Virus record (IMG/VR): IMGVR_UViG_3300018411_000028
Location: 1 to 59,737 of that record
Source: a virus
Direction: 5' to 3' (one strand)
DNA: 59,737 nt
The stretch's first letter is position 1. Each line of letters opens with the position of its first letter. Both the position numbers and the translations under genes were made by a program. This document shows, one piece after another, positions 14,802-24,169 of the stretch. The notes beneath the pieces are model-generated. The model did not search any database, was not told where the DNA came from, and was given only the letters and a program-made list of their open reading frames with translations.

Positions 14802-17335
14802 GGTTTAGAAATATTATAATAGTTGGTGTACTGCTATTACTCCTCTGTGGTATTGCAGGTGCGGCAACTGAAGAAAAGTATACTAAGTCTAAAAATGGAG
14901 TACTGTTTCAGAGATCAGTTAATACTGACTCAGTAGATATTGCAAAGGAGAATCACAAGATAACTATTAGCTCAAGTGAGCACATGGAGACAAAAATAAA
15001 AATTAAAAGATCTGATATAGAAGCTTTAGATGGATTTACTGGGACTCTGCAGGTTTCACACTTTACAGATAGTGGTGTGAATGACTGGAATAGAGTAATA
15101 ACTCCTGTAGATAATAACGGATATTACAATATAGAAGTAGAGTTTTCGGCTGTTACATTGACAGTAACTACAAGTCCTATAGTTAATTGGAACTTTGAAG
15201 CTTTCACTGGTGATGCACCTGACTCTTGGACTGTTATAACTGCTGGAGGGGCAAAGACAGTATATCTAGCTGATGCTTATGTGTCCTCTTACGCTTATAA
15301 AATAACTGGCGGTTCAGGGAATAAAGGAAACATTCAACAGGCAATTACACTTGCAGCTAACACAGAGTATACATTCGGAGCTTGGATTAAAACCAGTGGG
15401 GTAACGTCTGGAAACTCACCAATATATATTACTGATGGCACAGGCTCAACAATTGCAGCACTTTGGACATATGGAATAGGTACAACTGATTATACATGGT
15501 ACGAAACAACAGTTGATACCACAGGGCATTCAGGTCCGTATAAAATAGCTCTATATGCATATGACTTTCCCTCTACGAGTTACATTTGTTATGATGGTAT
15601 ATTGGTTGGAAAATCAGTTGATATAGGTGGAGCAGAAGTTATAGATACGGTGAACTGCACTGCAGCTATTTCATTTACCTACACACCTGATCAAGATTAT
15701 ACCTCGGATGTTGTAACAGTTGACTTTACAACTATTAGTCTAGGAGATTACAGACATGGTACTAAAGGCGCAGTAGTAGCTCAGGTAGGAGCAGCACCTG
15801 TAACAGCTTACCTGGGAGGGTCAAAGCTCTACTTAGACGGTGTTACTATGACAAGCGGTGTACCGTATAACTTTTACGCAATTGTGCCGTTTAATCTACC
15901 TCCAACATTAATAAGCCCTACAAACGGGTCTACAATAACAAGAGAGTTTCCTCCACTATATGCAAGTCAGGTGTTTACGTGGAGTGATACTAGCACAACT
16001 TGCCAGATACAAATAGCAGAGGACTCCGCCTTTAGCAATGTTGTTTACTCTACTGAAACAACAGCAGCTACAGCCACAGCGTCTTTGGCAGCAGGCACGT
16101 ATTATTGGAGAGTAAGAAGTTATGATTCTATACTTGCACAATACGGTGCTTACCCTGCAAGTTACAGTGTTGTAGTTGTAACAACCACAGGAAGTATAGT
16201 AGGTACAGGTATCGCAGGGTGTGTTTATGAATCTAAAGGATTGGGGAATTATCAGGTAGTTTCAGGTGCACTTGCAACTGTGTATAATGACACGTACTCA
16301 ACCACAAAAACAACAGGTTCAGAAGGTTATTATCAAGTGCTGGGTTTATCAGAGGGTACATATTACGTGAGTATAAAGAAAACAGGTTATGACGCTTCAG
16401 ACATCACTCCTGTTAATGTTACTGCTGGCGAAGTGGTAATACAGAATATAGCCATACAACAGGCACAAAGTTATTTCGCACCCACTGACTGCAGCATAAA
16501 AGTAAAGCAGCATTGGTATAGCTTCTCAGGTGTTTCTGGAGTTGCTTACTCATACTATCAGAATGGTGACACTGCTACACAAGGGACTGGCACAACAGAT
16601 AGTACTGGTAGGTTCACTATGTCAAATGTTAACATAGGGACGAAGTATAGAATAGTGCTTACTACAGACGATGGGACGCAAACAGATTATATAACTCCTT
16701 CAAGTTCGGAGCTATCGTTTATAATTGTGCTGGATTTAACAGAAGCACCTTTGTTACCTGACTCGCAGTTTTATGATGTGGTTAATGTATCAGTAAGTAA
16801 GTTAGTGCTTAACTCAACTGCTGCAAGTGTTACAGTGAATTGGGAAGGCAATAGCTCAAGCATGACGGAGGTTTATTACAGGATAGGGCAAACAGCTAAT
16901 AACGGCACTTTTGTTATGCTGGATGATTATACAGAAACACCCACAGGAACTTTGGGCAACCACTCATTTGTAGTTAGTGACTACTTAGGGCAGTCTTACA
17001 AGGTCATAGTAGAATTTACAGAAGATAGCTTTGGGGAGGTAGAGAAAACTTACACAGTAACATTTGCAGGGTCCACAGTTCCATTTATCGGAGGAAAAGC
17101 ACTGTCTTACTTCGGTGTTTTCCTTGTATTTGTTGTTGCCATGATGTTTGGAAAAGCAGAACATGCAGTAGGCGGCTTAATGGTTTGTGGATTCTCATGG
17201 TTCTTGTGGTACTTAGATGTATTCACAGGCTTTGGGGCAGCAACTAATACCACAATGGCAGCAGGGCTAATAATTGGGACAGTGTTTGCTTTGTTAGCAG
17301 TAATTAACGAAGCTAGAAAGGGGGCGAATATCTAA
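14798..17335 (+). CDS. Very large secreted multi-domain adhesin-like protein with C-terminal TM helices
   Basis: Signal peptide present. The N-terminal domain is paralogous to 11064..13055: IKIKRSDIEALDGFTGTLQVSHFTDSG...NNGYYNIEVEFSAV versus IRIKASDLVGLPGVDKGIVKVTHYNDAG...NNGYVYFEAVPFSEV. It also has a CBM4/9-like NWNFEAF...W segment, an Fn3-like SPTNGS...YYWRVRS segment, a carboxypeptidase-regulatory-like GYYQVLGLSEGTYYVSIKKTGY segment and three C-terminal TM helices. Confidence 0.85.
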   Translation: MRFRNIIIVGVLLLLLCGIAGAATEEKYTKSKNGVLFQRSVNTDSVDIAKENHKITISSSEHMETKIKIKRSDIEALDGFTGTLQVSHFTDSGVNDWNRVITPVDNNGYYNIEVEFSAVTLTVTTSPIVNWNFEAFTGDAPDSWTVITAGGAKTVYLADAYVSSYAYKITGGSGNKGNIQQAITLAANTEYTFGAWIKTSGVTSGNSPIYITDGTGSTIAALWTYGIGTTDYTWYETTVDTTGHSGPYKIALYAYDFPSTSYICYDGILVGKSVDIGGAEVIDTVNCTAAISFTYTPDQDYTSDVVTVDFTTISLGDYRHGTKGAVVAQVGAAPVTAYLGGSKLYLDGVTMTSGVPYNFYAIVPFNLPPTLISPTNGSTITREFPPLYASQVFTWSDTSTTCQIQIAEDSAFSNVVYSTETTAATATASLAAGTYYWRVRSYDSILAQYGAYPASYSVVVVTTTGSIVGTGIAGCVYESKGLGNYQVVSGALATVYNDTYSTTKTTGSEGYYQVLGLSEGTYYVSIKKTGYDASDITPVNVTAGEVVIQNIAIQQAQSYFAPTDCSIKVKQHWYSFSGVSGVAYSYYQNGDTATQGTGTTDSTGRFTMSNVNIGTKYRIVLTTDDGTQTDYITPSSSELSFIIVLDLTEAPLLPDSQFYDVVNVSVSKLVLNSTAASVTVNWEGNSSSMTEVYYRIGQTANNGTFVMLDDYTETPTGTLGNHSFVVSDYLGQSYKVIVEFTEDSFGEVEKTYTVTFAGSTVPFIGGKALSYFGVFLVFVVAMMFGKAEHAVGGLMVCGFSWFLWYLDVFTGFGAATNTTMAAGLIIGTVFALLAVINEARKGANI

Positions 17336-17715
17336 TGTGGGCTAAAGAAATAGCCTTCTTTCTCCTTGCTTTTGTAGTAGCAGGAGGGATAATAAACGGA
17401 GCTGGAATATTTGATACTGTAACTATTCCAGAGGCAACAATGCCAGGGGCAGATTTAGCAGATGGAATAGTAGAGGCAGGGTCTTCAGGGTCAGAATCAG
17501 ACATAGCAAGTGCATTTGACGGGTGGGCAATGATAGCTAGTATGTACTCCACAGTAAAAACTGTATTTTCTGTGCTGATACTGCCAGGTCCTTACTTATT
17601 CAGTATTGGAATACCTGCAGCTTTCGCATATGGGATTCAAACCATGGTAACTTTAGCAGAAGTTTGGGGATTAATGCAACTAATAACGAATCGTAGCACA
17701 GGGGGAATGGATTAA
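17335..17715 (+). CDS. Multi-pass membrane protein (126 aa)
   Basis: TAATG overlap with the upstream gene. Several hydrophobic helices. Confidence 0.7.
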   Translation: MWAKEIAFFLLAFVVAGGIINGAGIFDTVTIPEATMPGADLADGIVEAGSSGSESDIASAFDGWAMIASMYSTVKTVFSVLILPGPYLFSIGIPAAFAYGIQTMVTLAEVWGLMQLITNRSTGGMD

Positions 17716-18365
17716 TGAGAGCTAGATTTATACTTATCTTACTCTCAATTTTTATGCTGTGTGGGGTGACTGCAGCAACTCCTGTAATTTCCTTTGTAGG
17801 AGATAGTAACCAAGTTATCACTGTTGGGGCTACTCATGCGTTTAATTTCACTTCAGACGTAGCTATAAACTCAGCAGATTATTATTTAGATGGTGTCAAA
17901 ACAACAGTAGCAGGACAAAGCAAAGAGTACACGTTCACGGATGATAGCACTTATCATAATGTTTCTGTGATTGCCTCAGATGGTAATCCTTCAAACATGC
18001 TTACGTGGACTGTAACAATTCCAAGAGAAAAAGCAACTGTTTCAATTGCAACAATAGGAGATGATGAAGAGTATAACAGTCTAATGGATAACTTTACTGA
18101 TATGAATTGGGAAGGATTAACACAGTCTGCAACAACACCTTTTACTAATGCAATGGGTAGAATGTTTTATGTAGTGCTGTTTATCTTGCCATTTGTCTTA
18201 ATGTGGAAACAACAGGAAACAATGACAATACCTGCAATAGTCGCAATGTTCTTTGGTACTTTGTTAATAGGGTTTGTACCTGAACAGTATAAAACGTTGA
18301 TTACATTTGCGGTTATTCTATCATTTGCAGCGAATTTCTATCTGATGAGTAGGAATAGGCTTTAA
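17715..18365 (+). CDS. Secreted/membrane-anchored protein with beta-rich ectodomain (216 aa)
   Basis: TAATG overlap. Signal peptide ILILLSIFMLCGVTAA, N-x-S/T sites, two C-terminal TM helices. Confidence 0.7.
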   Translation: MRARFILILLSIFMLCGVTAATPVISFVGDSNQVITVGATHAFNFTSDVAINSADYYLDGVKTTVAGQSKEYTFTDDSTYHNVSVIASDGNPSNMLTWTVTIPREKATVSIATIGDDEEYNSLMDNFTDMNWEGLTQSATTPFTNAMGRMFYVVLFILPFVLMWKQQETMTIPAIVAMFFGTLLIGFVPEQYKTLITFAVILSFAANFYLMSRNRL

Positions 18366-18383
18366 AGGGTTTAAAACCCTTTT
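18365..18383 (+). terminator. Hairpin plus T-run
   Basis: aaggg-tttaaaa-ccctt followed by tt, at the stop codon of 17715..18365. Confidence 0.4.
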
Positions 18384-18401
18384 AATTTTATTGATAGGAG
18401 A

Positions 18402-18429
18402 TTTTAAATAGTTTGACAACAGTATATTC
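18402..18429 (+). promoter_or_regulatory. Promoter-like element related to the TTTAAATAG...TATATA family
   Basis: ttttaaatagtttgacaacagtatattc has the same TTTAAATAGTTTGA upstream half as copy 2 but a diverged downstream half. It precedes the 18474 operon. Confidence 0.35.
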
Positions 18430-18473
18430 TATAAGTAAATATTAAATAAATATAAATAAAGAGGTTATATAAT

Positions 18474-18629
18474 ATGACACAAGCTAAGAAATACGTTGTT
18501 AAAGTTGTGACAATGTCTACAAGTGTACCACTGGGTAAGGCTGCAGCTGTAAAAGCCAAACGTGCTATAGATGCCGAAATCAGGAAAAAACATGTTAAGA
18601 ATGTTAGAGTTTCGGTAATTCAGGCTTGA
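18474..18629 (+). CDS. Small basic protein (51 aa)
   Basis: MTQAKKYVVKVVTMSTSVPLGKAAAVKAKRAIDAEIRKKHVK... with AAGAGG upstream. The 68-aa minus-strand track ORF here is treated as its shadow. Confidence 0.5.
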   Translation: MTQAKKYVVKVVTMSTSVPLGKAAAVKAKRAIDAEIRKKHVKNVRVSVIQA

Positions 18630-18636
18630 GGTGGTA

Positions 18637-18810
18637 ATGATGGAAAGTATCGAAAACACTGAAAATGTCATAAGCAGAAGAAGTAATATGGTTGGTGGAA
18701 TTATCTCACTCTCTGTATTTACCCTTGTACTCTTAACTATGGAGAGTTTTGTGTTTGCAGCTATTGCTTCTATAGGCTGTTATCAAGGATATAAACAAGT
18801 TAAAAAATAA
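18637..18810 (+). CDS. Small membrane protein (57 aa)
   Basis: GAGGTGGTAATG start context. Hydrophobic core GGIISLSVFTLVLLTMESFVFAAIASIG. Confidence 0.5.
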   Translation: MMESIENTENVISRRSNMVGGIISLSVFTLVLLTMESFVFAAIASIGCYQGYKQVKK

Positions 18811-18828
18811 TAGCTCTGAGGTGTGCAT

Positions 18829-21621
18829 ATGGGAACAGGTCATGCAACAATAAGAGGCAGAGGAGGGACTTCTACAAGTGGAAAAAAAGTTTCCTCCTAC
18901 TCTCCTCAATATTCACAGACTACAGGAAAAGATAAAGAGGATAGAGGCACACAGAGTTATAAGCAGGCTGTGGAAAACGGAATAGCACAGGCCACAAAGA
19001 AAGCGGCTATTTTACCTTTCAATCCGTACATACAACAGGACAGAGTAATAACTAAAAAAGAGCAGGTAGCAGCTAAGAAACACGCAGCTATTAGAGCAGC
19101 AAATAAGAGCAGTATTATTACTTCTCCATTGCTCAATAAATCAGGTAATGAGATTAAACAAATACAGTTAGGCAAAAGTAATAGCCATGCCGTGGGAATT
19201 ATTGGCAGGAGTTCAGCAGTTTCAGCAGCTTCTCTTAAGCAAGCCTATAGGTATAGACAGCAGACAGGGCGACAGATAAGCAGATCACAGGACTTTAAAG
19301 AGAAGTTGGCTAATACTGCAAGGTCCTTTGTTTCCTCTGCTTCTGTAGCTGAAGCGGATAAATACATTGATTATGCTAATCGTCCTGTGACAAACAGCAC
19401 TAACGCATTTGACAAGCGCAGAATAACGATTGCTAGAAACATTATAGGTCAATCACTGCCAGCAGGACAGCAGCAGGCTTATTATGCTTCTATGAGAGCT
19501 TTTGATGCTGAGGTTAGGCAGTATAAATCTGAAACTGGTTATTCTGACAGTAAAATTATATCAATAATGAAAGGTAAAATATCTGAACCATCTCAAAATA
19601 AGGTTGAGGATACACCAGAAAAATACACTGATAAAGCTTTTGAGGCTAAGCTATCTAAATCAAAGTACACAGAAGCACAGAAAAAGCAGTTAAGGGATAC
19701 ACACTATAACAAAACTAATGTGGTTACAGATGTTGTTAATTCTGTAAAGGATTATTTAGCCGTCGGTGATAAAGTTGCTAATGTTGTAATGAATGTAAAG
19801 CCTAATCAGCAGTATGGCAAACTTAGTGATAAAACAACAGGTAACACATTTAGAGAAGCACTAAATAGTGAGAAGAGAGGTATAATTGAAAAACCTATAA
19901 CAAAAGGTGCTGAAGCTATAGCAATGTATTATGGTGGAAAATTATTTGGTGCTGGTTTATCATCTGTTACCGCAGGTGTGAGATTAGGCACTTTAGGTAT
20001 AGCGTCTAAAATATCAAACCCTTTATTAAAAAGTGCCTTAACAACTTTAGAAACAGTTGTAGAGCCTGGAACTGCGGGAGTAATGCTTTATCAAGGAGGT
20101 AAAGAAGTTAGAACAATGTCAAAGGCTAAAAATTATAGTGGTTTAATAGATTTAGGTGAAAACCTTTTAGTAGGTGGTGCAGGCTTTAAACGTGGGCAGC
20201 CCTTAGGTATGTTACCATATGATGCTGCAAGAGTTGCAGGAAGAAAAGAAATTGCACTTACACAAGTTGTAAAGGACTCCGAAACACTTGCAGGCAGGTT
20301 ACAGTTTCCACACACAAAGAAGGGTGAAACACCTACAAGCTTTATGAAGACTTTTGAAACAGACACAGGCACAATCAAAGGTTTTCATGCTTCACAAGGA
20401 ACTTTAGGCAATATAGCAACTGTTAGAGGTGAAATAGCACGACCTACTGATAACCCTGGGTTATACATGTCAGGCTTTAAGACAGGTACATCCCCGTGGT
20501 TCTTAAGGTTAGGTAATAAGTCAGATGTCCCATGGTTACTTGACTCTGTAATTGGTATTAGAGCAACACTTTCAAAAGCAGGTAGTAACCCTAAAGCTAC
20601 AGCAATACAACTTGTAAGTGCTATCACAAGACAGCCAGTAAAAACAGTTAAAGGGTTAGTAACTAAAGTATTAGGAGAGTCACAGCCTTTAAAACCTACT
20701 ATACACTCTATAGAGTTTAAAGGTGTTTCAAGGATGCCTAAAGATGTAAGAGGGAAAACGAAGCTATCCCAAGAGTTCATGCAGTCAGAGAAAGCTAAAA
20801 AAGAAGTTGCTTATCTCACTTCAAGGCTTGAAAGAGACATAGCAGGCGGGAGGGCAGAGGCAGAAGCAGTTTTAACACCTGGTACAACTATAGTAAAAGT
20901 ACCTGGTGAGTCAACAACATTTGTTAGATTTAAAGGGCGTTTGTTGCCAATAGATGAGTATATAACACAAAGTGTAAAGTTAAATGATGGTTTAATAAAA
21001 ACAACTATCTCAAAAGCTACAAAGCAAAAAATGCCTAATGAGTATAGGAAAGGTATAAAAACAGGGTTAAAAACAACTAAAGCAAGAAGAACAACTGAAG
21101 CAAGAAAACCTGCCACAACTACAACTAGAACAGTAAGACCTAAAGCCAGAGCAAGAAGCGTTAGTACAACTGCAGTACGTACTGCACCAAGAAAGTCTGT
21201 TGAAAGACCTAGTGTTTCTACCTCAAGAAGCAATAAACGTACTACTACACGCTCAACACCTGCAAGAAACACAGATAGAGCCACTACAGATAGAATAGTA
21301 GGTAAAACAAAAGGCAGCAGTGGTTATGTACGGAGGGTTTCTGAACGTACACCTCCAATAGTTTTAGTGCAGAAAAAGAAGAAACTTCAGAAGGGTACAA
21401 AACAAGAGAAAACTTTTAAGGCAGTGAGAGGCAATAGATTAATCAAAAACAAGTTAGGAAGCTTTGAATCTATATTGGGGAGTAGTTCAAAGCCTACAAA
21501 GAAGGTTACAAAGAGGCCTGCAGTAAAGAGAACAACCACAAAGAAGCCTGCAGTTAAGAAGGTCACAAATAAACCCAAACCTGTGACCACTACGAAGAGG
21601 CGTAAAACCTCTTCTAAATAA
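18829..21621 (+). CDS. Very large basic protein with Lys/Arg/Thr-rich disordered tail (structural or DNA-condensing candidate)
   Basis: ATG 18829 follows GAGGTG (18818-18823). Gly-rich hydrophobic segment AIAMYYGGKLFGAGLSSVTAGVRLGTLGIA. The last ~200 aa are dominated by K, R, T, P (KARRTTEARKPATTTTRTVRPKARARS...KKPAVKKVTNKPKP). Confidence 0.8.
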   Translation: MGTGHATIRGRGGTSTSGKKVSSYSPQYSQTTGKDKEDRGTQSYKQAVENGIAQATKKAAILPFNPYIQQDRVITKKEQVAAKKHAAIRAANKSSIITSPLLNKSGNEIKQIQLGKSNSHAVGIIGRSSAVSAASLKQAYRYRQQTGRQISRSQDFKEKLANTARSFVSSASVAEADKYIDYANRPVTNSTNAFDKRRITIARNIIGQSLPAGQQQAYYASMRAFDAEVRQYKSETGYSDSKIISIMKGKISEPSQNKVEDTPEKYTDKAFEAKLSKSKYTEAQKKQLRDTHYNKTNVVTDVVNSVKDYLAVGDKVANVVMNVKPNQQYGKLSDKTTGNTFREALNSEKRGIIEKPITKGAEAIAMYYGGKLFGAGLSSVTAGVRLGTLGIASKISNPLLKSALTTLETVVEPGTAGVMLYQGGKEVRTMSKAKNYSGLIDLGENLLVGGAGFKRGQPLGMLPYDAARVAGRKEIALTQVVKDSETLAGRLQFPHTKKGETPTSFMKTFETDTGTIKGFHASQGTLGNIATVRGEIARPTDNPGLYMSGFKTGTSPWFLRLGNKSDVPWLLDSVIGIRATLSKAGSNPKATAIQLVSAITRQPVKTVKGLVTKVLGESQPLKPTIHSIEFKGVSRMPKDVRGKTKLSQEFMQSEKAKKEVAYLTSRLERDIAGGRAEAEAVLTPGTTIVKVPGESTTFVRFKGRLLPIDEYITQSVKLNDGLIKTTISKATKQKMPNEYRKGIKTGLKTTKARRTTEARKPATTTTRTVRPKARARSVSTTAVRTAPRKSVERPSVSTSRSNKRTTTRSTPARNTDRATTDRIVGKTKGSSGYVRRVSERTPPIVLVQKKKKLQKGTKQEKTFKAVRGNRLIKNKLGSFESILGSSSKPTKKVTKRPAVKRTTTKKPAVKKVTNKPKPVTTTKRRKTSSK

Positions 21622-21639
21622 TTTATAGGGGGTTGAGGT

Positions 21640-22251
21640 GTGAAAGATTTGTTTAGTGATGAAAGGGCAGACAGCATGACGATGTTTGTAATAGCTGCAA
21701 CTGTCCTTGTCTTTGGTCTTGCCTACACAATATTAACATGGACATTTGATGTACCAATACAGGCAATAAATGATTTGATTGCTTCAGGGTCCTTAACAGT
21801 AGATACCACAGAGCATTTTAATACAATGTTAAACCTCTGGCAAGCAAGTCCTTTCTTTGTGCTTGTAGGGCTTGTATTGTGGTGCTTTGAGAGGTCAAAG
21901 GGCACGGACCTTTCTTCAGGAAAATACTTTGAATACTTAATGCTCATGGTAGTATCACTTATCATATCCGCTTATATGGTGTTTGCATACGGACTTTGTC
22001 TCGATGGCATAACCTCAGAGCTTGATGGTGTAAGCTTCTTTACAAGCGTTTCAGAAGTATGGGACACTTCAGACGCAAGAGGTTTGTGCGTTTCAGCTAT
22101 ATATTGGCTTTGTATGCTGCCAGGTTACTTAGGTGTTATACTGTTTACTCTTCACCCAATATTGAAACAGCTTGAAGGTAAAACAGACTTCTTCGGAGGA
22201 AGTGAAGAATCTGATGAGACAGTGACAGACTATCAAATTCAACAATTTTAA
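21640..22251 (+). CDS. Multi-pass membrane protein (203 aa)
   Basis: GTG start after GGGGTTGAGG. Four or more hydrophobic helices and an acidic tail. An ATG at about 21676 is an alternative start. Confidence 0.65.
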   Translation: MKDLFSDERADSMTMFVIAATVLVFGLAYTILTWTFDVPIQAINDLIASGSLTVDTTEHFNTMLNLWQASPFFVLVGLVLWCFERSKGTDLSSGKYFEYLMLMVVSLIISAYMVFAYGLCLDGITSELDGVSFFTSVSEVWDTSDARGLCVSAIYWLCMLPGYLGVILFTLHPILKQLEGKTDFFGGSEESDETVTDYQIQQF

Positions 22252-22465
22252 ATACCTTCTTTTCTTTTTTTTAATTACCTTAGTTTCCTACTATTTTATG
22301 AGAAACTTGGTGGGTATGAGAACACTATAGAAACACTTAAGCAGAAAAGAGAAGAAATTGGACTAATAATGTCTCATGCACAAAACAACTGCGCACATTG
22401 GAAAAATAGCAACAGTAAATTTAAAAAAGTAATGGATTTTTCGATTTAATTTTGGAGGATTAATT

Positions 22466-22813
22466 ATGACTGAAACAGATTGGTATAAAAAATTAAGTGT
22501 TGGTGATAAAGTAGTTGTTGACAATGGAAGAGGTGGACTTGGAATACGGTATAATATAGGAACCGTCACTAAAGTTACACCAACAAAAATGATTCAAGTA
22601 GACAACAAGGAGACAAAGTTTAAAAACGGTATGATACTCGGTAACAGGTACAAGGAAACAAAGGTTATCCATCCATTTGATTCAGTTTGGGCAGAGGTAG
22701 CCTTCAGATGTTGGGCTGTTTGGCAGTTAGAAAACACAAATTTTAATAATCACAGCACAGAAGAGTTGAAAGATATAGTAAAAGTATTGGGGTGGGAGTA
22801 TGTTAAACAGTAA
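22466..22813 (+). CDS. Hypothetical protein (115 aa)
   Basis: GGAGG upstream of the ATG. No motif recognised. Confidence 0.6.
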   Translation: MTETDWYKKLSVGDKVVVDNGRGGLGIRYNIGTVTKVTPTKMIQVDNKETKFKNGMILGNRYKETKVIHPFDSVWAEVAFRCWAVWQLENTNFNNHSTEELKDIVKVLGWEYVKQ

Positions 22814-22884
22814 CTATGAGCTTTTAAGTTAAAACCTGATGGTAACTTTAAATTTTGGTTGTTTTTACATTACGAAGCGTAAAA

Positions 22885-23263
22885 CCCCTGAGTCTTTAGC
22901 TCAGGGGATATAAGCGTCAACCTAAACTGTTAACCGTTATTGATTCTGTCAATTGTTAAATATTTTCAAAACCTTTGTAATATTAGATTTTGCTGTCACC
23001 ACAACCTCACAGTTCACCAAGAATGTTGCTGATTCTCAAAGCGAAAACCAAGCGAGGTAACGTTTGAACATCGGGGAGTTGGATAACAGGGCAAGAATCA
23101 TCCTGAAGGGATCAGGATTAAGGCGGGGAAAGCCGTTAGCCGTATGGTATCTCTAGTATCACACTCATATTTTCACCTGCGGGACGCAGGGTTGAGCTCG
23201 CGTGACTTGTCCTCAATAGAGGAAGGGATGACCCGAGAAGCCAGTCAGTCTTTAGCTGAGTGG
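22885..23263 (+). other. GC-rich structured non-coding element bracketed by two co-varying hairpins with identical loop TCTTTAG
   Basis: Hairpin 1 at 22885-22907: cccctgag-tctttag-ctcagggg. Hairpin 2 at 23241-23263: ccagtcag-tctttag-ctgagtgg. Internal hairpins lie at 23100-23118 and 23176-23190. No ORF. Strand not established. Confidence 0.4.
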
Positions 23264-23324
23264 TAGTTCACCCTTTTAGATATGTTGGGAACGTGTATGA
23301 GAATCCGGAATTATTGGAGGCAGA

Positions 23325-23765
23325 ATGAGAGATATAGAATTCCGAGGAAAAAATGACGATGGCGAATGGATATATGGCGCATATTCAAAGTCATATAGCG
23401 CTTGGGATATAGAAGATCCTTTCAGAGTGGCCCATTCTATAATTACAAGTAAAACAGTTGAATTTATTGAGCCTGATACATTAGGCCAGTATATAGAAAG
23501 ATTGGACAAATTTGAGAATAAAATCTATGATGGAGATATTGTTGAACTCAAAATAGAGACAATATTTCCTCTTAATGACTATGCAACTGAATGTACCACG
23601 TATCAATATTGTTATGGGGTTGTTGAATGGGTTGCTCCGGAGTTTAGAATCAAAGGTTTGAGAGGATCAGAATTTTATGATCCGATGGGGGATCTTTTTT
23701 CATGGGAAGAATTGAGAGTTATGGGGAATAGATGGGATAATCCAGAATTATTGGAGGATAAATGA
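23325..23765 (+). CDS. YopX-like phage protein
   Basis: N-terminus MRDIEFRGKNDDGEWIYG matches the YopX pattern (M..IkFRaw...g.w.yG). GGAGG RBS rather than the GGTGGTATAA motif. Confidence 0.65.
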   Translation: MRDIEFRGKNDDGEWIYGAYSKSYSAWDIEDPFRVAHSIITSKTVEFIEPDTLGQYIERLDKFENKIYDGDIVELKIETIFPLNDYATECTTYQYCYGVVEWVAPEFRIKGLRGSEFYDPMGDLFSWEELRVMGNRWDNPELLEDK

Positions 23766-23866
23766 CTGAATACAGTCCAAATGACAATCAAGAAATCTGC
23801 ATAAAGCGGAAACGAAAGGATGATAAAAAGAAGAAGTTGCCGAGAAAGTTAAGAAATGGATGGTAA
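23762..23866 (+). CDS. Small basic peptide (34 aa)
   Basis: ATGA overlap with the YopX-like gene. Preceded by a near-duplicate (22 of 26 nt) of the YopX translation-initiation region. Confidence 0.35.
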   Translation: MTEYSPNDNQEICIKRKRKDDKKKKLPRKLRNGW

Positions 23867-23872
23867 TTACAA

Positions 23873-24169
23873 ATGAAAATTACAAAATCAGATCTCTTAG
23901 AACATGCATCCAGGTTTGATTTCCATTATGGAAACTTCCCAACGGATCTAGTAATAGTAGAGAGAATCAGGAGAAGTTCAACCCCGGACTATTGGACTAT
24001 CAAATGGGGAGGCAGTAGATGGAGTAAGAAAGATGAGTTATTTGTTATGGAGCCTGCGCGCCCTTTGCCTGATGAATATATAGAAGATACGAAGTTCAAT
24101 TTTGAAGAGGCTTATACTCTGGCTGGGTCGGTTAATTTGATTCAAGAACATGAGAAAAGAATGAAATAA
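23873..24169 (+). CDS. Hypothetical protein (98 aa)
   Basis: Track ORF on the same strand as its neighbours. No motif recognised. Confidence 0.5.
   Translation: MKITKSDLLEHASRFDFHYGNFPTDLVIVERIRRSSTPDYWTIKWGGSRWSKKDELFVMEPARPLPDEYIEDTKFNFEEAYTLAGSVNLIQEHEKRMK

Noticed and set aside
20133-21677. Several minus-strand ORFs (81-157 aa) within the 930-aa basic protein gene
   Set aside because: Antisense shadows of a long, well-supported ORF. Hydrophobic low-complexity translations and no start signals.
22893-22950. tRNA-like D-arm string (tagctcaggggata) and a possible anticodon-like hairpin
   Set aside because: I could not complete a cloverleaf (no T-arm, no acceptor pairing). It might still be a tRNA-derived att fragment, but this is unsupported.
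23085-23100. ggataacaggg, reminiscent of the 23S rRNA / I-SceI-type site
   Set aside because: The flanking sequence does not match rRNA. Judged a coincidence within the structured element.
23136-23170. agccgtatgg resembling the 5' strand of a group II intron domain V
   Set aside because: No complementary 3' strand or GNRA-capped helix follows, and there is no reverse transcriptase ORF.
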